From Narcine bancroftii (Eukaryota), in contig NC_091475.1 in NCBI RefSeq assembly GCF_036971445.1, positions 49,352,001-49,416,000 of the forward strand: 64,000 bases of DNA, read 5' to 3'. The notes beneath the pieces were generated by a model. The model was not told the origin of the DNA. It was given only the letters and a program-made list of their open reading frames with translations, and ran no database searches. This document shows positions 55,201-64,000 of this stretch, piece after piece; position 1 is the stretch's first letter; the number at the start of each line of letters is the position of its first letter. The translations under genes were made by a program, and so were the position numbers.

Positions 55201-58200
55201 AGTAACCTGCCTTAATGACTATCGACCAGTAGCAGTTACATCAACAGTGATGAACGGCGGATGCCATCTCACTGGCTCTACACAAAGCCCTGGAACACCT
55301 GGACAGCAAAGATGCATTCAACGAGATGCTCTTTATTGAGTACACTTTGGAATTTAACACCATCATCCCCTCAAAACTGATCAGCAAACTCCAAGACCTG
55401 CGAGTTAATATCTCACTGTGTGATTGGATCATGGATTTCTTCGCCTCCAAATCATAATCTCCATCAGCATCAGAGCACCTTAGGGCTGTGTTCTTAGCCC
55501 TCTGTTCTAATCACTTTACACATACAAATGTGTGGCTTGGTATGACAATAACACCATCTACAAATATGTGGACTATACCACAGTTGTGGGTTGTATAAAG
55601 GAAGGCATTGAGTCTTCATACAGGATGGAGAATGAAAACTTGTCTGAATGGTGCACCAACAACAACCTTGCACTCAATGTCACCAAAACTAAAGGAGTTA
55701 ATTGTTGACTTCAGGAAACGAAAGCCAGAGGTTTACAATCCAGCAATCATTGGAGAATCTGAGGTGGACAGGGTGAGCACATATAGGTTATTGTGAGTCA
55801 ATATCTCGGAGGATCTTTCCTGGACCCAACACACAATGGTATTGTGAAGAAAGTACGTCAGGAGTTTGCAGAGGTTTGGTATGACACCATAAACCCTGGC
55901 AAATTTCTAGAGGTGCGATGGAAAGTCTGCTGATTGGCTGCATCACAGTCTGGTATGGGAATACCAATACTCGTGAGCATAAAGGCCCCCACCCCCCAAA
56001 GGTAACGGACACAGCCCAGGATGACACAGGCAAAACCCTCCCCACTATTGAGCACATCTACAGGGAATATTGCCATTAGAGAGCAACAGCAATCATCAAA
56101 GACCCACCCACCCAGCACACGTTCTATTCTCACTGGTGCCATCAGGAAAAGAGGTATAGGTGCCACAAGACTCACACCACCAGGTTCAGGAACAGCTGCT
56201 ACCCCTCCACCAGCAGGGTCCTCAGCAGCGAACTCAATGAGAGAGTCATTTAAGGACTCTTACTTGTGCATTTGATTTTCTTTTTGTTCTCTGTATTGCA
56301 GTCAGTTTGTTTACATTCATTATCTATTTACAGTTGCTGGTTTCCATGTCTAGTTTATTTTTTGCACTACCAATTAGTGGTAATTCTGCCACACCCGCAG
56401 GAAAAATGAATCTCAGGGTGGCAATAAATCTGAATCTTGAGTGACCTACCTACAGTAAAGATGTCAAAGTAATGGGGGGGGGGGGGAAACATATCAATAT
56501 CACCTTCACAAAAATCCTCAAAATTCAGTGGAAGGATGTATGAACTAAATATCACCACCTTCTCCTCTCCCAAGGCTCAAGCAAGATTGGACAGGCCACG
56601 TAATCCAGAATCAGATACTCTGCATTTTCTTGTGTCAGGGATTTGTGAGAGTGGCATTTCCCTCATTTGCATTGAAAAACTGGAACCAAATCCTCAATCA
56701 CATGTGCCTAAACTGCATGTACATTAGCAACTTTCATTTTTGTCTTATGTATCCTGATATGCCAACATATTACATAGTGGATATAAATGTATTTTTATAT
56801 TAATTACCAAGATCTCGAATTAAGTAGCTGGAGGCTTAAAGATGTTAAAAGTTGTGTAAATGCAAGTCTTTATCACTTTCTAACCTTTTTGGATACAAGT
56901 GCCCAATGTGGAATTTTTAACAATTCAATTGGATTATTGAATGATTTCTATATGATTAAATTAAGTTGAATCAGAAAATGGAGTTTGAAAGTTCTGAAAC
57001 TTTGAAAGGCACATTTTTATTTTTGCAGAAATTGGTGCAAGTACATTCGGAGGAAGTTTATTAAATTCTGATTTATCGTCGCAGAATGGTTTTGCTTTTA
57101 ATGTGGACTGAATGATATTTTCAAATCTCGGTATCTGGATTTCAGAGTTGAACATTTTGTTTATGATATCTGCACTACCAGGGGGCGTGGCAAGATGGCG
57201 TAGAGTCTAGTCGTGTAATCTCGACCTCTCTGGCCAGACTTTTAAGAACCCATTTTTAACTCTTTGTTTTCAGGTTTAAATTTTTTAAAACTTATTTTAA
57301 AGTATCAAAGAATTGTTATGGCTATTAATGGTAAAAAGATTAAACCTCAAGTTCAGAAGAAACTACATTTTCGGAGTGTTGAAGATTTAGTGCCTAAACA
57401 GTCTGCTACAACTTCAGGTTTGCTTTCTTTCAAGCCTAAACCAGATTGCCTGTGGGAGCTGAAAAAGTGACTACTACTCACCAGGAGGAGATCGCTGGAA
57501 TTACTCGTTCTCAGGAGGAAGGTGCGTGTGCCCCCGATGTGGATCCTGATCCTGGCAGCCTGCCGACTTTAACGGAGGGGGCACGCAAGAAGACGACCCC
57601 ATTGCTTGAAATACCCCAGGATATACTCCAATCTGAATATTTTGGTCTTTTTTGTGAGTTTTTGAAGCAACCACAGGTTGCGGGGGGAGAACAGCGTCGG
57701 CCCCCTGAGGAAGTTGGGGTGCCGTCGCTGGGAGTCTAGACCCGCAGTAAAACTTAAACTGCCTGTTGTTGAGATGCAGCAGGAGCTGCAGTTACCTGGT
57801 TCTGCCACTACGCAAGAGAAAACAGGGCTGAGCTTTTCTGAATTACAATGTAAACAGCTAAGCCTTATCATTCAGCCAATGCTGAACGAAATGTCTCAGA
57901 GGCTCAGTTTGGAACTGGATACAGTTAAAATATGTGTGGAAGCATCTTGTGAGGATTTTAAACAATTTCAGGCTGCTTTTTGAAATGTCAACAACAAGTG
58001 GCTTCTAATACAGAAAAAGTGTTGGAGGTGGAAAAATCCGTTAAAGAATTGCGAGAACGTGAGAGGGAGTTAGAGAGGAAAGTAGATTATTTGGAGAATC
58101 AAAGTAGAAGGAAGAATGTGAAGATTGTTGGTTTGCCAGAAGGTATGGAAGGACAAGATCCTCTTTGTTTTTTTACCGAATGGATTTCACAAATTCTGGG

Positions 58201-61200
58201 GCAGGAATTTTTCTCTGGAGGTCTGGTATTGGAAAGAGCTCATAGAGCCTTAAGAAGACCTCTGCCTGGTCAACCACTGATACCCGTGATAATTCGATGT
58301 TTGAATTATTTGGACAGAGAAATGATACTTAGTTTAGCAGTGCAAAACGCGAGACAACGACAAGCTCCGTTAATGATTCAGAATAGTAGAGTTTTTTTCT
58401 ATCCTGATTCGAGTTAAGAGGTTATTCAGCGTTGGTGTCGATTTAATCCAGTTAAATTAGTTTTGTGGCTTAAAGGTTATAAGTCTACTTTTCGCTATCC
58501 GGCAGTGTTGAAGGTGTTTTATGGAGACTTTCAATCTCGGTTTTTTGAGAATGAGTGTGAAGCAATGATTTTTGCTGACTCGTTGCAAGATGTAAGAGGA
58601 CAAAGACATAGCCCACCATTGTCTCCTAAAGAAAAATCTGGTTGTTCTGGAAGTGGAAGAAACAGCAGAAATGGAATGGAAAGAGTCCGTTGCCTTGAAA
58701 TGGGGTCGCCGAATCTGGAATCTCTTGGATGAATAGAAGAACTTTTTTTATTTTTACTTTCTTTTTATGTCATTATGATATCTTGTTGTTATTCTTTGTT
58801 TGGCTGGGGAGGGATAAATTTGCTCTATGTTCTACTAGTCATCAGCCACTGGTGGGTGATCCACACCCAACTTTTGTTTAGGGATTACTACCTTTTGGTA
58901 GTTTTTTTGGGTTTTTTTAAAAATTTTCATTTTATTTAGACTTTAATTTGTGGTTTCTTTTTCTCCTATTGGAGGGCCTATTTACATTGATCTGAGTCTT
59001 TACATATTGATATTATTAGTTTTTAGTAATATTAGTGGATATGTCAAAGTTGAAGTTTGCTACTTTTAATGTTTGGGGTTTAAACAGTCCGATTAAGCAT
59101 AAGCATATTTTTATCAAGTTTGATCTTTGGTAAAACGTGTTCGGTAGAGATATGAGACTTTTTTTATGAGGGTACCAGAGAAGGGTTATATTTCAGTTAT
59201 GTATCAAATATTACAGGATGGTATGGATAAAAAGGGTTGGGATAAATTTAAAGGTAAATGGGAAGTCGATATTGGTTTTATTTTTTCCGAGGATGATTGG
59301 TCAGATATCTGTTATGATAGTGTAACTAGACTGATAAATGCACATTATGCGATGATTAATTATAATTTTTTTACATCAATTATATTTAACACCTGAAAAA
59401 TTGAAAAAATATGGTCTTTAGGAATCAGATTTGTGTTTTGTGGTAACGCTGTTGGAATTTTTTTTACATGCAGTTTTGGACTAGATAAACTTCAATTTGG
59501 TTTTGTGTATTTAGCGCTATCTGTAGCAAAAAAAATGTATTGCTAGTACGTGGATACGAATATGATTGGTATTAATAGATGGCATAATGAGATGAAATAT
59601 TGTTTAATAATGGAAAACATTAATGTTTTGTGGATAACTATAGTTTTTTGTAAATAGGTGGTTGTTATATTCAGAATATTTACATTTTGATTTATATCGA
59701 CTAGATTTTAATGTTTGCTTTACTTTTATTTTTTTTCTCTTCTTTATGGCTCTCCTTAAGAGAGTTGGCTGAAAGAGGGGGGGTTTCTTTCCTTTTTTTA
59801 TATATATATATATGAAATATAACATTCATGCTTTGTTTATTGTTATATATGTTACTTATTATCTGTATTTTGAACGAATAAATAAAGTTTAAAAAAAAAC
59901 AAGAAAAAAAATGTATCGGCACTACTTAGACTTTAATGTAAATGGCCAAAAGTTAGTTTATATTTATTTAATAAAGGTTTTGGTTAACTGTTTCAAAATA
60001 TTTAGTTAAATCAATGACAAACCAATGTTTTCTTTAACTGAAGTATGCAACATTGTTTTTTTTTAAATTTCAGTTGGGGTTGAATCTTCGCAAAATAAAC
60101 AAGCATATCCATTTCCCACAAGTTCTCGATCTTGCTCCATTCTGTGCAGTGAATTGCAAGGTAAGTTTACAAGAAAAATGAACTGATAACTACTGGTGGT
60201 CATCTTTTTGCAGATCAGTCAATACCATTGGTGTCACAAATCTTAAATATTCTCAATCAATTTTTAGCTTTGATCCCAACTCTCATGAAAATAATGGATG
60301 CCAAGCCCAGAGGTTTTAATGCCAGATAATACTTTTCAATTTCAGTGATACTCCATTTGTTTCTTCAATTATTTAAATATGGCAGGAAAAAAAATGGACA
60401 CAAAAGACTGAGGCCACTGTAGAATAATAATGTAATTTGTTCAGTTCCTGTACCAAATGGAAATTCATTTACTTATTGAAAGGGTGGTAGAACTGGAATT
60501 CTGTGCTGAAATTTTAATCTATCCAAAATTGAAAATACAATTAATCTTTGGCACTTTTGTGAGATTTCTGGTCTCCCAGCTGACAACCTCCAGTGACAAA
60601 TTTCTTCTCTTCCAAATTGCAGTTTGACTCTAGCATTTAATTAGCAACAAATCCTTTAACCAACAATTTCTACCTGTATCCTTTCAAAGATGTAGCAAAA
60701 TGACTGACCATCTCAAATATTAACAGATACTGTTCATTACAGAATGCTGAAGACTCTACAAATATATTATATAGTCTGTATGGAGTTGTGGAACAGAGTG
60801 GCACAATGAGATCTGGACATTATACAGCTTATGTCAAAGCACGAACTCCCAGAAACCACCTTTCTGAGTCTGTGATGAGATGTGAAGCACCTGGTAAGTG
60901 TTGTTATCTACCAGAGAATTGTGGATTCTGAAACTACTGATCAAAAATTGGTCATTTATTACTATATATTAATATTCAGAATGTAATGCACAGCAACCAT
61001 GTTAACAACTAATTAAATATTTCACTAGTTTGGAATTAATCCTTCATTGTGGTTTAATTTTAATTCTACTAAAAGAAATCCATGACTGGACAATCCTTAA
61101 CTCAAAAGGGCAGTAAAGTATCATTTTTATTTGTTGTTGATCATTAAATCAGAATAGCAATGACGTGCATCTCACTTGGAGCTAATTACTTTGCTGTTGG

Positions 61201-61557
61201 GAGGGGAAGATTCAGAACTGTTATCAAAACATTTGGTCCAGGTTTGTCAGTTCCATTGCACATCACTTTAATTTAGCTAGTTTGACATGGAAGGAAAATT
61301 GAATGCACTGCTTAATGCAGATGTCACAGCATGAGGTCAGGATGAAACAGGTTCCTGGAACTGTGGGTAGCAGTAATAAATGCTTTAACAATATGCAGTT
61401 AATTTTTGAAGTGCTGATTGTTTATTTTGTAACAGTGATCAATGCAGAGGCACCCAGGGGAAGCTGGTTCCATGTAAGCGATACCCATGTTCAAGCAGTG
61501 TTGGAGACTAAAGTATTAAGTGCACAGGCCTACATACTGTTCTATGAGAAGATCTAA
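25178..61557 (+). CDS. USP16: USP16, ubiquitin carboxyl-terminal hydrolase 16; 17 coding exons, 839 aa
   Basis: Seventeen GT-AG exons sum to 2520 nt in frame. ZnF-UBP ([24 protein letters not shown]...WCYLCDD), Cys box [36 protein letters not shown], His box [22 protein letters not shown]. Position between RWDD2B and CCT8 identifies USP16 rather than USP45. Confidence 0.95.
27357..27532 (+). CDS. USP16: USP16 coding exon 2
   Basis: [10 protein letters not shown]...WLCLKCGHK; tttcAG / GTGAAC. Confidence 0.92.
27727..29268. mobile_element. Tc1/mariner-derived fold-back element (two left ends, inverted)
   Basis: [24 protein letters not shown] on + and [24 protein letters not shown] on -; long inverted arms; decayed Tc1 transposase in the spacer (DGTKINL...KVWRPKG). 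Confidence 0.85.
29872..29975 (+). CDS. USP16: USP16 coding exon 3
   Basis: [15 protein letters not shown]...LDNWSVW; tttcAG / GTAGG. Confidence 0.93.
30853..30953 (+). CDS. USP16: USP16 coding exon 4
   Basis: [10 protein letters not shown]...KCSK; cacAG / GTGAG. Confidence 0.92.
31221..31387 (+). CDS. USP16: USP16 coding exon 5 (catalytic Cys box)
   Basis: [19 protein letters not shown]; acceptor AG ending 31220 (alternative in-frame AG ending 31226); donor GTGAT. Confidence 0.92.
32435..32530 (+). CDS. USP16: USP16 coding exon 6
   Basis: [32 protein letters not shown]; cccAG / GTAGGT. Confidence 0.88.
34650..35890 (+). mobile_element. Penelope-like retroelement (RT remnant plus GIY-YIG endonuclease plus terminal repeat)
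   Basis: [16 protein letters not shown] remnant; [13 protein letters not shown]...[25 protein letters not shown]; [11 protein letters not shown]-terminal motif. Confidence 0.85.
36044..36174 (+). CDS. USP16: USP16 coding exon 7
   Basis: [21 protein letters not shown]...[14 protein letters not shown]; ttcAG / GTGAGT. Confidence 0.92.
36820..37365. mobile_element. MITE-like DNA element with internal 30-bp tandem array
   Basis: Inverted ends (attatctgaaat ... atttcagataatcagaattttactgta); about 7 units of ccgggaggccgaggtccgctgctgctggtg at 37031-37226. Confidence 0.65.
38541..39090 (+). mobile_element. L1-clade LINE 3' end with poly(A) and TSD
   Basis: [15 protein letters not shown]...[17 protein letters not shown]-terminus, G-rich 3' UTR, A tail; GATTGATATT at 38531-38540 and 39091-39100. 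Confidence 0.85.
39399..39640 (+). mobile_element. tRNA-derived SINE (HE1/V-SINE-like)
   Basis: ggcagcacggttggtgtagcggttagc A box, ggttcagatccc B box, tgttctccccatgtctgtgtgggttt core. Confidence 0.7.
40946..41033 (+). CDS. USP16: USP16 coding exon 8
   Basis: [29 protein letters not shown]; ttcAG / GTAAGT. Confidence 0.94.
41138..41793 (-). mobile_element. RTE LINE, 5'-truncated, inserted in a Penelope terminal-repeat fragment (41088-41845)
   Basis: [36 protein letters not shown]; Penelope repeat halves on both sides. Confidence 0.88.
42440..42521 (+). CDS. USP16: USP16 coding exon 9
   Basis: [27 protein letters not shown]; ctcAG / GTAATG. Confidence 0.87.
43546..43637 (+). CDS. USP16: USP16 coding exon 10
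   Basis: [30 protein letters not shown]; tccAG / GTAAGA. Confidence 0.93.
44180..44425 (-). mobile_element. tRNA-derived SINE (HE1/V-SINE-like)
   Basis: Reverse complement of the 39399 SINE. Confidence 0.7.
44530..44990 (+). mobile_element. CR1 LINE 3' end
   Basis: Typical CR1 terminal blocks (agagggtggtgaatttgtgg, gatgggctgaa..gcctaattctgctc). Confidence 0.65.
45223..45279 (+). CDS. USP16: USP16 coding exon 11
   Basis: [19 protein letters not shown]; tccAG / GTAAAA. Confidence 0.93.
46501..46674 (+). CDS. USP16: USP16 coding exon 12
   Basis: GKKKSQGK...[17 protein letters not shown]; ttcAG / GTAAAG. Confidence 0.92.
47655..48405 (+). mobile_element. CR1 LINE 3' fragment
   Basis: [49 protein letters not shown]. 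Confidence 0.88.
51401..52142 (+). CDS. USP16: USP16 coding exon 13 (large acidic insertion of the USP domain)
   Basis: [11 protein letters not shown]...[26 protein letters not shown]...; tttAG acceptor. The donor GTAGTA at 52143 is weak but gives the phase required by the next exon. Confidence 0.88.
52625..53375 (-). repeat. ~800-bp non-coding interspersed repeat, copy 3 of 3
   Basis: See 1040-1875. Confidence 0.7.
54892..54983 (+). CDS. USP16: USP16 coding exon 14
   Basis: [30 protein letters not shown]; tgcAG / GTAATT. Confidence 0.93.
55185..56437 (+). mobile_element. Rex1/Babar-type LINE, decayed RT to 3' end
   Basis: [30 protein letters not shown]; 3' UTR colinear with 1-460. Confidence 0.82.
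57179..59910 (+). mobile_element. L1-clade element with 5' end, ORF1 remnant, internally deleted ORF2, poly(A) and TSD
   Basis: GGGGGCGTGGCAAGATGGCG start; ORF1 motifs [33 protein letters not shown]; ORF2 start [19 protein letters not shown] at 59041 jumps to the ORF2 C-terminus within about 100 nt; AATAAA plus A tail; flanks atgatatctgcactac / atgtatcggcactac. Confidence 0.85.
60074..60160 (+). CDS. USP16: USP16 coding exon 15
   Basis: [29 protein letters not shown]; ttcAG / GTAAGT. Confidence 0.93.
60743..60893 (+). CDS. USP16: USP16 coding exon 16 (His box)
   Basis: [25 protein letters not shown]; tacAG / GTAAGT. Confidence 0.93.
61436..61557 (+). CDS. USP16: USP16 last coding exon
   Basis: [32 protein letters not shown]; aacAG acceptor. 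Confidence 0.93.
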
Positions 61558-61812
61558 TTTTTGCCTAAAAAAACTTCAGATTGATCTTGGTTAACAACCA
61601 TGGTTCATAAGAGAAAATGCTACTTCAGTTTCTGGAAGAAAACTGTAATCTATGCAACATTTGAATGCAAAGGAGAGGTGAGAAGTACCAAACAAAAAAA
61701 TTTTCTTTGTAAATTAAAACTTTCGTAAACCACTAACCAAAATGTCATGTATTTTTCCTGAATAATGTATCTAACAGTACTTTTTAAAGTAAGCAATACT
61801 GATAAATTGAGG

Positions 61813-61818
61813 AATAAA
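61813..61818 (+). terminator. Candidate USP16 polyadenylation signal
   Basis: First AATAAA after the stop; further candidates at 62093 and 62537. Confidence 0.45.
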
Positions 61819-62465
61819 ATGGATTTCTTTTGATAGTTCATTGAACACTGAAAATTACTATTTAAAATACTGCTCTTATCCTTTTGCATGTAATTCAACA
61901 ATGAATACTAAATTATTCTGCTCATTTCAAATGAACAGCACAGTTTTGATAATGACAGCTGTATCTGTTGATCAGATCAGTTAGCTTTCTCCATTTCTGG
62001 TTGAGAGTCAACTTTTGAATGCTTGTATTAAATGATTTGCTTCATATGTATTCTGCAATGCTGTGAGCTTTGGCTCAGGCTATGACAACTGGAATAAAAA
62101 CTCATGTCCTAGAAAGATTCCTGCATAATATCTGCCTGTGTGCTTTTTACAAACTTATTTTAGGGCTGATGCCTCTTAATCAAGCCTCCTCATAGTATTT
62201 TGCCTTTAGAAAACTAATTAGTGTTGGCTCCTTTACTTTGCATAACCTTTGCTCTCAACTGTGATCAAACCCATCTCTATTTATTCTAGTGTTGTGTCCA
62301 AACAGAACATAATCTATCTTACCCAGTGAAGCCTGTTTAGGATCAGGGTGAAAAGTATTTTAATTAAGAAATAATACTGATGAGCAAACTAGGGGAAGTT
62401 AATTACTATTACAGCACCTACAAGTACGAAACAGTAGAATGAACTAAGTTTAGTTGTTAAATTTC

Positions 62466-62471
62466 TTTATT
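62466..62471 (-). terminator. Candidate CCT8 polyadenylation signal
   Basis: TTTATT on + = AATAAA on -, about 125 nt after the CCT8 stop. Confidence 0.55.
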
Positions 62472-62594
62472 AGACAGAAACTGAAGTGCAATCCATGCAC
62501 AATGAAACCATTTTTACTTTCAACTAAAACTGCATAAATAAAGAAACTTGGGCCTTTTAAGTACTGAACTAGTACATTAAGTTGATAGAATTGT

Positions 62595-62672
62595 TCATTC
62601 ATTTTGATCATCGTCCCAATCTTTCTTCTGTGCTGGTGGTTTGGGTCCACCTGCCTGTTTTGCCATGATAAT
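62595..62672 (-). CDS. CCT8: CCT8 (T-complex protein 1 subunit theta), last coding exon; gene continues right beyond the window
   Basis: Reverse strand ttttcAG|ATT ATC ATG GCA AAA CAG GCA GGT GGA CCC AAA ... TGA = IIMAKQAGGPKPPAQKKDWDDDQNE*, matching the CCT8 C-terminus (IIMAKPAGGPKPPSGKKDWDDDQND); convergent with USP16 as in human. Confidence 0.93.
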   Translation of the reverse strand: MIMAKQAGGPKPPAQKKDWDDDQNE

Positions 62673-64000
62673 CTGAAAAATGTACCAGGAGTATAGGTTA
62701 GAAAATGATCCAATGTGTAATAGCTCTGTAACTGCTTTTAGGAAGTGAACTGTGACAAAGTTTATTATACAGTAAAATCAAACCATTCAGAAACCCTAAT
62801 CAGCCAAAGCAGCTTCCAGCACTAGTTTTAAACAACATGCCACATTCCCCTTATAACCATAACCATATAACAGTTTACAGCTTGATCAGTTTACTGGATA
62901 ATTATGTTATTTTCTAACATCTAAAAGTCTGGAGTATTAATCATAAACCAAGTCAGAAAACCTAGTTTGGCATCCAGAGTGCTGGATGATTAGTTTTCAG
63001 GTTAAAAACTAGATTGAAATAAACTAAATGAAACCAGTCAGCTTGTTGCAGCTGATCTAAATATACTACGAGAGGCTTATATACATTTAATTTATAATGC
63101 CAGACTGATTGATACTGAAGGATCCAATACATTTGATGTAATGGGTGTTAATTTTGCAATTTACAAAATGACTGGGTCTGTACATACCTTATGAGCTTTG
63201 TATTTGCAAATACAATTTGTGTAGATGGGAACAAAAAACAAAACACTACACATTACCCTGAAAAAGTTTATACAGTCTATATCTCAAATCCAAATATAAC
63301 ACGATGAATCATGCGACTCGGCTGTCGGGCTGCCACCACTGGAGCTGCAGGGATGGTCAGTTTATTTAAAATTCATTTGTTTTATTTTCAACTGTAACTA
63401 TAATGATTTATTGAAACTCCAAATTAGCATGAGTTTTGATTTATATTGACTAGATTTTAATATGTTTGCTTTACTTTTATTTTTTTTCTCTTCTCAATGA
63501 TTTTTAGGACCCAAACTATCGTGTTATAAATAGGGTTCCACTGTACCAAGATTCCCTACATGGCTTTTCTTGTCCAAAACAGCAATGACAGACATGCTTG
63601 AGCTAATTATATCCCTGACAGAATTAAAGTTTATACCTCAAACTATTTCACAGGCTCTACCCTCTCCTTTAAATCTGTAAATTTCTGGTTCCACGCAGAT
63701 ATATTTAGTGATGGCCAATAAACGCAATAATTAACATAGTCATGTACACCATACATATTTTGTCACAATGGCTCTGTAAATGCTATCAACACAAGTTGAA
63801 ATGAAGAAATGAGTTCAGTTGCATGCACAACTGAGGGGCAGGGCCCAAATGGCATTGTTTACCCCACATTCTCAATGATAACAGACTATCCTTAATTCAG
63901 TTCAGTAAAACTAACGTGCAAATAAGTCAGAATTTTGATTTGAATTAGCTGATTAAAAGCACAAGTTGTTGGCAACGATGACATTTAGGACCCACAGTTA

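Noticed and set aside
61466-61482. Ser in place of Asn/Asp after the His box (WFHVSD)
   Set aside because: Known property of USP16-type enzymes, not a novelty.

Overview
Eukaryotic (vertebrate) genomic DNA, most likely a cartilaginous fish. This is inferred from HE1/V-SINE-like tRNA SINEs, CR1, Rex/Babar, RTE and Penelope repeats and from protein divergence. The window holds the four-gene block known from human 21q21.3: LTN1 first coding exon (-), complete RWDD2B (-, 4 coding exons, 291 aa), complete USP16 (+, 17 coding exons, 839 aa, all splice phases reconciled by hand) and the last exon of CCT8 (-). RWDD2B and USP16 share a tight divergent CpG-rich promoter centred on an NRF1 palindrome. 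The LTN1 promoter has four NRF1-type motifs produced by tandem duplication. Most remaining sequence is decayed transposable elements. I found no novel multi-gene system. The most notable oddities are a His-box H->Q change in USP16, a uORF ending 1 nt before the USP16 start, 5'-inverted (twin-primed) RTE insertions, an ORF2-deleted half-L1 element with both ends intact, a fold-back Tc1 element, and Penelope terminal repeats with a variant hammerhead-like core.
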